From Macrostomum lignano (taxonomy: Eukaryota), in assembly GCA_002269645.1 (NCBI GenBank), contig NIVC01001340.1:310001-374000 (forward strand): a DNA stretch of 64,000 nt, given 5' to 3'. The notes below the pieces were generated by a model, which ran no database searches, was not told where the DNA came from, and worked only from the letters and a program-made list of their open reading frames with translations. Numbering within the stretch: position 1 is the stretch's first letter; each line of letters starts with the position of its first letter. A program made the translations under genes and the position numbers. Positions 37,998-49,800 of the stretch are shown here, in pieces.

Positions 37998-40900
37998 ATG
38001 GTCGAAGCCACAGGCAACAGCTACGAGAGCGGGGCCGGAGTTGAATACGACGATTTGCCGCTGTCAGACGAGCCGTTGTACTTGCTAGGTCACGCCTACA
38101 GCACTAAGCACGGTAGGTCATATTAATAAATCTGAATTTAAAAAATGCGCATCTTAGCTACTGTTAGTAGAAATAGAAAAATATTTCTCGTTAAATTTAA
38201 CCAAGATCGAGAAGACATCCGTCTGGACCATCTGTCCCGCCTATGGGTGACTTATCGGCGCGACTTCTCGCCAATCGGAGGCAGCGAAGGCCCCAAATCG
38301 GACAAAGGCTGGGGCTGCATGCTCCGCTGCGGCCAGATGATGCTAGCTGAAGCCATTGTCCGAGTGAAGCTGGGCCGAGCCTGGCGTTGGTCTGGCGAAA
38401 GTTTCGCTAACGACGCAACTTATCGAGACATACTGCGCCTGTTTGAGGACAACAAAGCCGCTCCCTTCTCTATTCACCAGATTGGTGAGTTGTCTTGACA
38501 GGACATCATAGCATTTCTTATCTATTTAGACTAGTAGTATTTATTGCGCAACTCCGCTCTACCGCAGCGTCCATGGGCGTGTCTGACGGCAAGCCGGTTG
38601 GCCAATGGTTCGGCCCGAACACCGTGGCGCAAGCGATACGCAAGCTGTCTGCGTTTGATCAGTTCGCTAATCTGCTGGTGCACGTGGCTCTGGATAATAC
38701 CGTTATTATTGACGATTTGAGTGAGTTGCGCCTTTGAGAATCGCCCATAGACAGTCCCCGAGAATCGCCCATAGACAGTCCTTGAGAATCGCCCATAGAC
38801 AGTCCCCGAGAATCGCCCATAGACAGTCCTTGAGAATCGCCCATATACAGTCACCCAGAATCGGCCATAGAAAGCCCCCGAGAATCGCCACCCATAGACA
38901 GTCACTCAGAATCGCCACCCATAGACAGTCACTCAGAATCGCCACTCATAGACAGTCACTCAGAATCGCCACCCATAGACAGTCACTCAGAATCGCCACT
39001 CATAGACAGTCACTCAGAATCGCCACTCATAGACAGTCACTCAGAATCGCCACCCATAGACAGTCACTCAGAATCGCCACCCATAGACAGTCACTCAGAA
39101 TCGCCACCCATAGACAGTCACTCAGAATCGCCACTCATAGACAGTCACTCAGAATCGCCACCCATAGACAGTCACTCAGAATCGCCACCCATAGACAGTC
39201 ACTCAGAATCGCCACTCATAGACAGTCACTCAGAATCGCCACTCATAGACAGTCACTCAGAATCGCCCATAGACAGTGACTCAGAATCGCCCATAGACAG
39301 TCCCCGAGAATTGCCATAAATTCCCCAGCAACAGCTCCTGCCCACTCGCACTCGCAGAGGCTCTACTCCGCAGCTCAGCTGACTCCAAAGCTCTGCTGTT
39401 ATTTGTGCCCCTTCGCCTGGGCCTGTCCGACCTCAACCAGCAGTACGTACCGGCTCTGAAGCGGTGCCTTGAAATGCCCCAAAGCCTGGGCATCATTGGC
39501 GGCAAGCCGAACCATGCTCATTATTTTATTGGCTACCAGGGCAACGAGCTCTATTATTTGGATCCGCACACAACTCAGGACTGCGCCGCTATTGGTCCTG
39601 CGGTGTCTGGCGTGGCTGCTGCTGCAGCAGCGTCTGGAAGTGTAAGTGTCTAGAATTCCTTTCTCTACATGTCTCTCCAAGTCTCTCCACTCACTGAACC
39701 CAGCCCTATGCTTGCAACATATTTGATCAGATTATCTGCGCATAAGACATCATGTCATGTTCGCATGTACCCATAGAACATCATCACATAATCACGTGTG
39801 CCCATCAAACATCTTGACATGATTACATGCGTCCATCGGACATCATGACAATATATATCCGCCCATCAGACATCATGACAAGATCGTATGCGCCAATCAG
39901 ACATCATGACATGATCATATGCGCCAATCAGACATTATGACATGATCACACCCGCAGCCGCCGCCCCCGGACGCCAGTTATCACTGTCCGAGCCTTCGCC
40001 GGATGCCGTTCGCCCGTCTTGACCCCAGCCTGGCCGTCGGGTTCGTCTGCGCCAACGAGGCCCAACTGGACGACCTGTGCGCCAGCCTGGTCCGCCGGAT
40101 GGTGCAGCAGTTCGATTTGCCGCTGTTCGAAGTCCACCAGACCCGGCCGAGCCACTGGCCGGCGTTTGAGCCGTACACACTGGCCAGCCAGATCAAATTC
40201 GGTGAGAGTCTGGCAGCAGCTCAGCTGAGCTGTGGGGAGATTTCATTTTCAGTAAATGGATTTTTACATGGAGTGAATTGGCACATAGTTTTCATTTTTA
40301 GTATAGTGGATGTTGGAGACCAATTTCTTGGATGTCTTGTTAGTACATTCATAGGCTGTGATGTCATGTTGATATGTCTTATTAGTACATCCATGGGCTG
40401 TGATGTCATGTCGATATGTCTTATTAGTACATCCATGGGCTGTGATGTCATGTCGATATGTCTTATTAGTACATTCATGGGCTGTGATGTAATGTCGATG
40501 TCTTATTAGTACATCCATGGGCTGTGATGTCATGTCGATATGTCTTATTAGTACATTCATGGGCTGTAATATTGTGTGTGGCGATGTCATTTAGGAAATT
40601 TGCGCTATATCATGTACTCGTAATGTTATTTTCTACAGAATATACTATACCGGTATATTATTGGGAATGATGTTGCGTTTGTAGGCAGTTAAGGAGACTC
40701 TTGGCAGAATTGTTAATAGCTTGTAGATGAAATTATTATTTCGTGAATTCTTTTCAATTAATTATATTATAAAAACTGTTACAGTATAGTTAATTGAAAA
40801 TTGCCAAAAATTTCCTGTTCGCACAGCTGCCTCTCGACTAAGATAAAGGCAAATTGATATTTTAACTATTTATATTAACAGTTTCCGCTACTGTAAGTAG

Positions 40901-41172
40901 CGATTATCGTTTATTTATTACTTTACTTATTAATTAAGTTATTTCAATTTTTCGCTCATTGGCTGTATGGGGCCTGCGGTTTAGCTTGCCATAAATTTGA
41001 TGGATTAAAATTAACTTATTCAGGCTATACATTACATGTGTGATGTTATTTTCAGTGTTAGCCACAACTTTTGTTAGCCACAGCTTTTGTTAGCCACAAT
41101 CTGTGTGTTTTAACACCTTCAATTGTAGATCAGCAAGAGGACGAGGAGGACGACAACTATGTACTTTTGTGA
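37998..41172 (+). CDS. ATG4: Cysteine protease ATG4 (autophagin), 6 coding exons
   Basis: Exons 37998-38112, 38206-38484, 38568-38720, 39358-39641, 39958-40201, 41129-41172. Motifs LWVTYRRDF, SDKGWGCMLRCGQMMLA (catalytic Cys), QWFGPNTVAQ, LGIIGGKPNHAHYFIG, YYLDPH (catalytic Asp/His), LDPSLAVGF; C-terminus DQQEDEEDDNYVLL*. The last exon assignment is less certain than the rest. Confidence 0.95.
38735..39310. repeat. 24/27-bp minisatellite (gaatcgccacccatagacagtcactca) filling ATG4 intron 3
   Basis: About 22 copies running almost from donor to acceptor. Confidence 0.95.
40350..40590. repeat. 42-bp tandem repeat in ATG4 intron 5
   Basis: atgtcgatatgtcttattagtacatccatgggctgtgatgtc, about 5 copies. 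Confidence 0.9.
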
Positions 41173-41964
41173 AGTCCGAGGTTCGAGCTCAACAGCAACT
41201 TGTGAACTACCTTTGTCAATAGTATAGATTCCTTTCATGGACTCGGATCTAAAGAGATTTTTATGGAGAACAATAATCGTGTCTCTTTTTTTGACTTGAT
41301 AATTTTTCTCAATGTTAATACGGTATGCTATCATACTAATAATATTAATACTGATAACATCTGTATCATAGAACTTCATTTTCTACATATAATATACGTA
41401 CATATGTTTGTCATTTGATCTTGTACTGTTTTAATATAATGAGAGTGGATTGTGTCATTGAATATATTGTCTTCTAAACACTGATTGCTGATGCTTGAGC
41501 GAAACAATTCAAATTCATATCTTCCGTTAATTAGTTGCCTTATTTGCGGGCCAAAACACAAACAAAGTTTTTGAAATTCGACTGTGTATGTGTATTTGAA
41601 TTTTATATATTTGCACTAAACTTAATGTAAGGCCACACTTGATAGGGCTTAAGAATGACACAAGAACTACAGAGAAATCAAACGGTTAATATGCCGATTA
41701 GAAAATATGGAAATAACTTGCTCTAATAGTAAAACATGCTGAAGTAACACAATGATAGATAATTGCTTTCTACATAAGCTCCGATGCTGGGTCAACCAGT
41801 GTATATGCGCACGTTTTGTTTAACTGCAGTAAATGATAAATACAATCAACTACAGCCCTAATGGCTATGAGTTACATGGGGGCGCCTTTGACTCGCGAAA
41901 AACAACGAAACGAAACAGCAGAACTACAGCTTACAGCATGAAAACATGCAATGCTTCTCTGAAA

Positions 41965-42410
41965 ACAGTCACTGAGTCACAGCCCCTGACAGTCACTGAG
42001 TCACAGCAGCTGACAGTCACTGAGTCACAGCAGCTGACAGTCACTGAGTCACAGCAGCTGACAGTCACTGAGTCACAGCCCCTGACAGTCACTGAGTCAC
42101 AGCAGCTGACAGTCACTGAGTCACAGCAGCTGACAGTCACTGAGTCACAGCAGCTGACAGTCACTGAGTCACAGCCCCTGACAGTCACTGAGTCACAGCA
42201 GCTGACAGTCACTGAGTCACAGCAGCTGACAGTCACTGAGTCACAGCAGCTGACAGTCACTGAGTCACAGCCCCTGACAGTCACTGAGTCACAGCAGCTG
42301 ACAGTCACTGAGTCACAACAGCTGACAGTCACTGAGTTACAACAGCTGACATTCACTGAGTCACAGCAGCTGACAGTCACTGAGTCACAGCACCTGACAG
42401 TCACTGAACC
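41965..42410. repeat. 24-bp minisatellite (tgacagtcactgagtcacagcagc)
   Basis: About 18 copies. Confidence 0.95.
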
Positions 42411-42538
42411 CTACTAAAGATCCGGTCAGACCAATGGGCTCACAATAACAAAAGTTTTGAATTTCGAACTCAGAGATATTATTTCAATAAACAAACTAAA
42501 CAGCAATAGTTTAAAACATGGATTGTCACTCAACCGCT

Positions 42539-43896
42539 TCACTCAGCCTTGCTTTGCGTGGCCTGCTTAGCCAACTCCTTGGCCTCCTTAACCAACGCCT
42601 TCACCTTCTCATATTTTGGCGCCTTCTGGTGCGCCGGCGCCATGGCCGTGTTGTAGATGGTGCCCAGCAGGATGCCGGCCAGGACGCCGCATAGGGCGCC
42701 GTTGATGCCGCCGACTGCGGCTCCGGCCGCGGTGCTGGCGATGCCGAACCGGTCCTGGCGGACCTGATTGAAGTTGTAGCGCAGGCGGTAGGCCCTGCGG
42801 CGACGGCGGCGAGGAGGTGCGTTTGAGTTCCATTTGTCAAAACTCACTGGCGGTTGCAAGGTCATTAGCTAAAGTCATCAGCTAAGATCACTGACTAAGG
42901 TCACTGGCTAAGGTCATCAGCTAAAGTCACTGGCTAAGGTGGGCTAAGGTCATCAGCTAAAGTCACTGGCTAAGGTCACTGGCTAAGGTCATCAGCTAAG
43001 GTCACTGGCTAAGGTCACTGGCTAAGGTCAACAGCTTAAGTCACTGGCTAAGGTCACTGGCTAAGGTCACTGGCTAAGGTCATCAGCTAAGGTCACTGGC
43101 TAAGGTCATCAGCTTAAGTCACTGGCTAAGGTCACTGGCTAAGGTCACTGGCTAAGGTCACTGGCTAAGGTCACTGGCTAAGGTCATCAGCTTAAGTCAC
43201 TGGCTAAGGTCACTGGCTAAGGTCATCAGCTAAGGTCACTGGCTAAGGTCACTGGCTAAGGTCACTGGCTAAGGTTATCAGCTGTCATTAGCTAAGGTCA
43301 CTGGCCAAGGTCATTAGCTAAGGTCACTGGCCAAGGTCATTAGCTAAGGTCACTGGCTAAGGTCATTAGCTAAGGTCACTGGCCAAGGTCATTAGCTAAG
43401 GTCACTGGCCAAGGTCATTAGCTAAGGTCACTGGATAAGGTCATTAGCTAAGGTCACTGGATAAGGTCATTAGCTAAGGTCACTGGATAAGGTCATTAGC
43501 CAAGGTCACCGCCTAATGTACAGTGCACCATTTTATACCATAGACAGCAGCTAAATAGGACACAACAAGCAGCACAATAATGACTCACCTATCGTACATG
43601 GCCACATCGGGGTCACCCCGGGTCATGCCGATGGTCATGGCGGGGCCCAGCGGCAGGCCGGCCAGGGCGCCCACCCGGCCGAACCGCAGCGCTCTGGCGG
43701 CCAAGCCGGAGAAATTCCGCGGCCCCCTGATCGCCGTGACAACCGGGGCGACCATCGCCATGCTGACGAAGATGCCGAACTGAACGCCACGGTAGGTGGT
43801 GTGGGTGTACAGCTCCAGGCTGGGGTGCGGGATGTTCTCCAGCTCCTCGTCTGACACAGTCAGGCCGATCGTGTTTTTCACGTAAGCCAGCGTCAT
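42539..43896 (-). CDS. Small Gly/Ala-rich putative membrane protein, paralogue B (resembles DUF1757-type proteins; family assignment from memory, unverified)
   Basis: Exons 43896-43589 and 42794-42539 (phase-2 GT-AG intron). MTLAYVKN..DEELENIPHPSLELYTHTT..YDRAYRLRYNFNQVRQDR, clearly homologous to 45790-48028. Confidence 0.85.
42865..43510. repeat. 13-bp minisatellite (ggctaaggtcact) filling intron of paralogue B
   Basis: About 48 copies. Confidence 0.93.
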
Positions 43897-43949
43897 GGCT
43901 GCAGCTGCTGCTGATGGTTGAATGCAAGCAATACTGGATCAGTTTGCAG

Positions 43950-45210
43950 TCCTAACTGTAACAGAAAGCCTGTTAGTCACTGTAACAGAAAGCCTGACAC
44001 TGTAACAGAAAGCCTGTCACTGTAACAGAAAGCCTGACACTGTAACAGAAACCCTGACACTGTAACAGAAAGCCTGTCACTGTAACAGAAAGCCTGTCAC
44101 TGTAACAGAAAGCCTGACACTGTAACAGAAAGCCTGACACTGTAACAGAAAGCCTGACACTGTAACAGAAAGCCTGACACTGTAACAGAAAGCCTGACAC
44201 TGTAACAGAAAGCCTGACACTGTAACAGAAAGCCTGTCACTGTAACAGAAAGCCTGACACTGTAACAGAAAGCCTGACACTGTAACAGAAAGCCTGACAC
44301 TGTAACAGAAACCCTGACACTGTAACAGAAAGCCTGTCACTGTAACAGAAAGCCTGACACTGTAACAGAAAGCCTGACACTGTAACAGAAAGCCTGACAC
44401 TGTAACAGAAAGCCTGACACTGTAACAGAAAGCCTGTCACTGTAACAGAAAGCCTGACACTGTAACAGAAAGCCTGACACTGTAACAGAAAGCCTGACAC
44501 TGTAACAGAAAGCCTGACACTGTAACAGAAAGCCTGACACTGTAACAGAAAGCCTGACACTGTAACAGCAACCCTGTCACTTTAACAGAAAGCCTGGCAC
44601 TGTAACAGAAAGCCTGACACTGTAACAGAAAGCCTGACACTGTAACAGCAACCCTGTCACTTTAACAGAAAGCCTGGCACTGTAACAGAAAGCCTGACAC
44701 TATAACAGAAAGCCTGACACTGTAACAGCAACCCTGTCAGTCACTGTAACAGAAAGCCTGACACTGTAACAGCAACCCTGTCACTGTAACAGAAAGCCTG
44801 ACACTGTAACAGCAACCCTGTCACTGTAACAGAAAGCCTGACACTGTAACAGCAACCCTGTCAGTCACTGTAACAGAAAGCCTGACACTGTAACAGCAAC
44901 CCTGTCACTGTAACAGAAAGCCTGACACTGTAACAGCAACCCTGTCACTGTAACAGAAAGCCTGACACTGTAACAGCAACCCTGTCACTGTAACAGCAAG
45001 CCTGACACTGTAACAGCAACCCTGTCACTGTAACAGAAAGCCTGACACTGCAACAGCAACCCTGTCAGTCACTGTAACAGAAAGCCTGGCACTGTAACAG
45101 CAACCCTTTCACTGTAACAGAAAGCCTGACACTGTAACAGCAACCCTGTCACTGTAACAGAAAGCCTGGCACTGTAACAGCAACCCTGTCACTGTAACAG
45201 AAAGCCTGTT
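43950..45210. repeat. 20-bp minisatellite (cactgtaacagaaagcctga)
   Basis: About 62 copies immediately 5' of paralogue B. Confidence 0.96.
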
Positions 45211-45789
45211 ATTCACTATAATAGAAATCCTTTCCCACTAACAGAAACCCTACTGAGCGGGAATTCCCAATTGAAAACAGTGTATAAAACAAACAAAAAT
45301 GGTATAAAAATATTTCTAATAGAAATTCACTACAACAATAATGAGTAAGTGGCCAGTATATTTTAAATAGAATTATTATACATTTTGCAGACGGAAATAA
45401 TATCATACCTTTTGTATGTATGCATATATATTGTTATAAAATTTAAATATGCACGAATGGTCAGCGCTGGCGAAAGATAAGTAAATAGAAAATTGTGGGA
45501 AAATTCCAAATTTTGAAAGACTACTACTGTAAGTAATAGTAGTGAAAAATATTTGGAAAATTTTTATATTATAACTACGATTTCTAAATTAAGATACTCT
45601 TCATCTCTACTATCAGTAGCGTATAAAATATATAGTTAAAATATGCATAAGGATTATGGATTGAATTTAAGCGATTTCCAAAACAGCGCTAAACAATTTA
45701 AAGAAGAAATTTCGAAAATATTTTCTTTGGCTGGTTAAAATTTGCTAAACGACGAAAATCAGAATTGAGAACCATCGGATTAATTTAGG

Positions 45790-48028
45790 CTACTGCTGAC
45801 GCTTAGCCGCCTGCACTTTAGACTTCAGCTGGTCGGTCAGCGGCGCTTCGCCTCTCTCCCTATTAGCCAGCAGGCTGTTGTAGGCTGTTGCCAAGGCGAT
45901 GCCGCCAAGGATGCCAACAAGGGCACCGGCCGGACCGTTGCTGGCGCCGCCGATGCTGGCGCCAATGAGGAAGTAGCGATCGTGGCGCACCTAGGGGCGA
46001 GCGATGGGTGTCGTTAATATAAGCCTCGTGAAGTCATTCTCGTTGTGTTAGCGCTTAACCTTCTACTAACTCAGTAGGCTAGTTAGAGTGCAATTAGAGT
46101 TAAATTGTGTTAGCGCTTAACTTTCTACTAACTCAGTAGGCTAGTTAGAGTGCAATTAGAGTTAAATTGTGTTAGCGCTTAACTTTCTACTAACTCAGTA
46201 GGCTAGTTAGAGTGCAATTAGAGTTAAATTGTGTGAGTTGTTTGCAATGACTCTTTGACGATTCTTGTCACGATAACGCTTTCAACAGGCTGTGTGAGCG
46301 CGTGTGAGTGTGAGCCTGCGTACAGTATTGGCGAGCTTGCATGTGCTCAGGAGTCAGTGGAATGAGCAGCATTGCATTGACACTGGTTGTGTAAAACGAT
46401 GTAACACCTGATTGGAGTGGTACCGCAGCCGGTACACCCTGTCATAGACGGCGATCTCCGGCTCCTTTCGCATTGCCGCATAAGTCACCAGCGGAGCGGC
46501 GACGGCCCCAACTCGAGCCCCGGTGACGCCGTAGCGAAGAGCCCGATCGGCGAGATCCGACAGGGTCCGGGGGCCGCCGATTGCCGTGACCAGGGGGGCT
46601 GCAACAAGGGAGCCCAGCACTGCGCCGGCCTGGGATGGTGCGGAGTAAGATGTTGGAATTGAGTCTGCATAGAATAACACACATTAACAACTGTACATAA
46701 CACACAACTGTACATAACACACAACTGTGCATAACACACATAACTGTCAGCAACTCAGTCTACCATAACCCACAGTCCAATCGCTCATAACCCAATGTCC
46801 AATCGCTCATAACCCAGTGTCCAATCGCTCCTAACCCACAGTCCAATCGCTCATAACCCAATGTCCAATCGCTCATAACCCACAGTCCAATCGCTCATAA
46901 CCCAGTGTCCAATCGCACATAACCCACAGTCCAATCGCTCATAACCCACAGTCCAATCGCTCATAACCCACAGTGTCCAATCGCTCATAACCCACAGTGT
47001 CCAATCGCTCATAACTCACAGTCCAATCGCTCATAACCCACAGTCCAATCGCTCATAACCCACAGTGTCCAATCGCTCATAACCCACAGCCCAATCGCTC
47101 ATAACCCACAGTCAAATCACTCATAACCCACAGTCCGATCGCTCATAACCCACAGTCCAATCGCTCATAACCCACAGTGTCCAATCGCTCATAACCCACA
47201 GTCCAATCGCTCATAACCCACAATCCAATCGCTCATAACCCACAGTGTCCAATCGCTCATAACCCACAGCCCAATCGCTCATAACCCACAGTCCAATCGC
47301 TCATAACCCACAGTCCAATCACTCATAACCCACAGTCCAATCGCTCATAACCCACAGTCCAATCGCTCATAACCCACAGTCCAATCACTCATAACCCACA
47401 GTCCAATCGCTCATAACCCACAGTCCAATCGCTCATAACCCACAGTCCAATCGCTCATAACTCACAGTCCAATCGCTTATAACCCACAGTTCAATCGCTC
47501 ATAACCCACAGTCCAATCGCTCATAACCCACAGTCCAATCGCTCATAACTCACAGTCCAATCGCTCATAACCCACAGTCCAATCGCTCATAACCCACAGT
47601 CCAATCGCTCATAACTCACAGTCCAATCGCTCATAACCCACAGTCCAATCGCTCATAACCCACAGTCCAATCGCTCATAACCCACAGTCCAATCGCTCAT
47701 AACCCACAGTCCAATCGCTCATAACCCACAGTGTCCAATCGCTCATAACCCACAGTCCAATCACTCATAACCCACAGTCCAATCGCTCATAACCCACAGT
47801 CCAATCGCTCATAACCCACAGTCCAATCACTCATAACCCACAGTCCAATCGCTCATAACCCACAGTCCAATCGCTCATAACCCACAGTTGAACACAGAAT
47901 GCATTATTCACCTGAATAAACCGAACAGTGGTGTGCAGCGTCAGTTCCACATTGGGATGCGGGATGTTCTCTAATTCCTCATCTGTCACAGGAACACCCA
48001 TCAGGTTTTTTAGGTAAGCGCTAGTCAT
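45790..48028 (-). CDS. Small Gly/Ala-rich putative membrane protein, paralogue A
   Basis: Exons 48028-47912, 46629-46408, 45990-45790 (phase-0 GT-AG introns). MTSAYLKN..DEELENIPHPNVELTLHTT..YDRVYRLRYHSNQVRHDR. Confidence 0.85.
46043..46230. repeat. 62-bp unit x3, followed by a dispersed repeat also present at ~30-95
   Basis: Period 62 (46043, 46105, 46167). gtgagttgtttgcaatgactct..attcttgtcacgataacgctttcaac resembles window positions 31-90. Confidence 0.85.
46765..47890. repeat. 22-bp minisatellite (cacagtccaatcgctcataacc) filling intron 1 of paralogue A
   Basis: About 50 copies. Confidence 0.96.
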
Positions 48029-48424
48029 GGTGGCTGTTAAATCAATTTGACAACAGAGCTGAAAATTGAAAAAAATATTTATAAATAGTGAGAATTTTAT
48101 CAAAATAAAATGAAAGTTTCACTAAATATACTTAAGTTGGACAGAGTCCGAAATATGAATAGGTTTTTAATCCATAAGGCAAACACGCGGAACCATGGTG
48201 TGAATATTATATCAGTTATTATTTATTCATTTATTATTCATAATTTATAAATTAAGGTTGCGCAATTACATTCAAATTCGAATATACCAACAGATTTTGT
48301 GCAGCACGCGCTACTAGTAAGTAGAGCGAACAGGAAAAAACGCAGAAAATGCTGAGAAGTACAATAAATAGACAAAAGAAAGTATTGGGTAAGCAAAGTG
48401 AAACACACCGATGTTGCTGAGTTC

Positions 48425-49745
48425 CAGATGCTTCAGTGCCCCCCCCCAGATGCTTCAGTGGCCCCCCCCCAGATGCTTCAGTGCCCCCCCCCAGATGCTT
48501 CAGTGCCCCCCCAGATGCTTCAGTGCCCCCCCCAGATGCTTCAGTGCCCCCCAGATGCTTCAGTGCCCCCCCAGATGCTTCAGTGCCCCCCCCAGATGCT
48601 TCAGTGCCCCCCCCAGATGCTTCAGTGCCCCCCCCAGATGCTTCAGTGCCCCCCAGATGCTTCAGTGCCCCCCCCAGATGCTTCAGTGCCCCCCCCAGAT
48701 GCTTCAGTGCCCCCCCCAGATGCTTCAGTGGCCGCTGCCCCCCTTGTTAGATGCTTCAGTGGCCGCTGCCCCCCTCCCAGATGCTTCAGTGGCCGCTGCC
48801 CCCCTTGTTAGATGCTTCAGTGGCCGCTGCCCCCCTTGTTAGATGCTTCAGTGGCCGCTGCCCCCCTCCCAGATGCTTCAGTGGCCGCTGCCCCCCTCCC
48901 AGATGCTTCAGTGGCCGCTGCCCCGCCTCCCAGATGCTTCAGTGGCCGCTGCCCCCCTTGTTAGATGCTTCAGTGGCCGCTGCCCCCCTTGTTAGATGCT
49001 TCAGTGGCCGCTGCCCCCCTCCCAGATGCTTCAGTGGCCGCTGCCCCCCTCCCAGATGCTTCAGTGGCCGCTGCCCCCCTCCCAGATGCTTCAGTGGCCG
49101 CTGCCCCGCCTCCCAGATGCTTCAGTGGCCGCTGCCCCTCTCAGATGCTTCAGTGGCCGCTGCCCCCCCTCAGATGCTGTAGTGGCCGCTGCCCCCTTGT
49201 CAGATGCTTCAGTGGCCGCTGCCCCCCCTCAGATGCTGTAGTGGCCGCTGCCCCTTGTCAGATGCTTCAGTGGCCGCTGCCCCCCCTCAGATGCTGTAGT
49301 GGCCGCTGCCCCCTTGTCAGATGCTTCAGTGGCCGCTGCCCCCCCTCAGATGCTGTAGTGGCCGCTGCCCCCTTGTCAGATGCTTCAGTGGCCGCTGCCC
49401 CCCCTCAGATGCTGTAGTGGCCGCTGCCCCCTTGTCAGATGCTTCAGTGGCCGCTGCCCCGCCTCCCAGATGTTTCAGTGGCCACTGCCCCGCCTCATAG
49501 ATGCTTCCCCTCAGATGCTTCAGTGGCCGCTGCCCCCCCCCTCAGATGCTGTAGTGGCCGCTGCCCCCCTTGTCAGATGCTTCAGTGGCCGCTGCCTCGC
49601 CTCCCAGATGCTTCAGTGGCCGCTGCCCGCCTCCCAGATCCTTCAGTGGCCGCTGCCCCCCCTCCCCAGATGCTTTAGTGGCCGCTGCCCCCCCCCTCCC
49701 CAGATGCTTCAGTGGCCGCTGCCCCCCCCCCAGATGATTCAGTGG
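48425..49745. repeat. C-rich compound minisatellite (agatgcttcagtg[gccgctg]cccccc)
   Basis: About 50 variable-length copies between CFDP1 and paralogue A. Confidence 0.93.
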
Positions 49746-49800
49746 ACCTCCGATCATCACCATGGAAACAAAGAGTCTCTCAGTTGGTCGCTGCTCAGCC

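Noticed and set aside
40639-40670. Alternative ATG4 last exon (EYTIPVYYWE*)
   Set aside because: The acceptor is plausible but the peptide lacks the acidic LIR-like ending given by 41129-41172. It is not excluded without RNA data.
41833-42417. LTVTESQQ ORF and ~18 TGAGTCA (AP-1) sites as an enhancer
   Set aside because: One 7-mer multiplied by tandem amplification; no independent evidence for coding or regulatory function.
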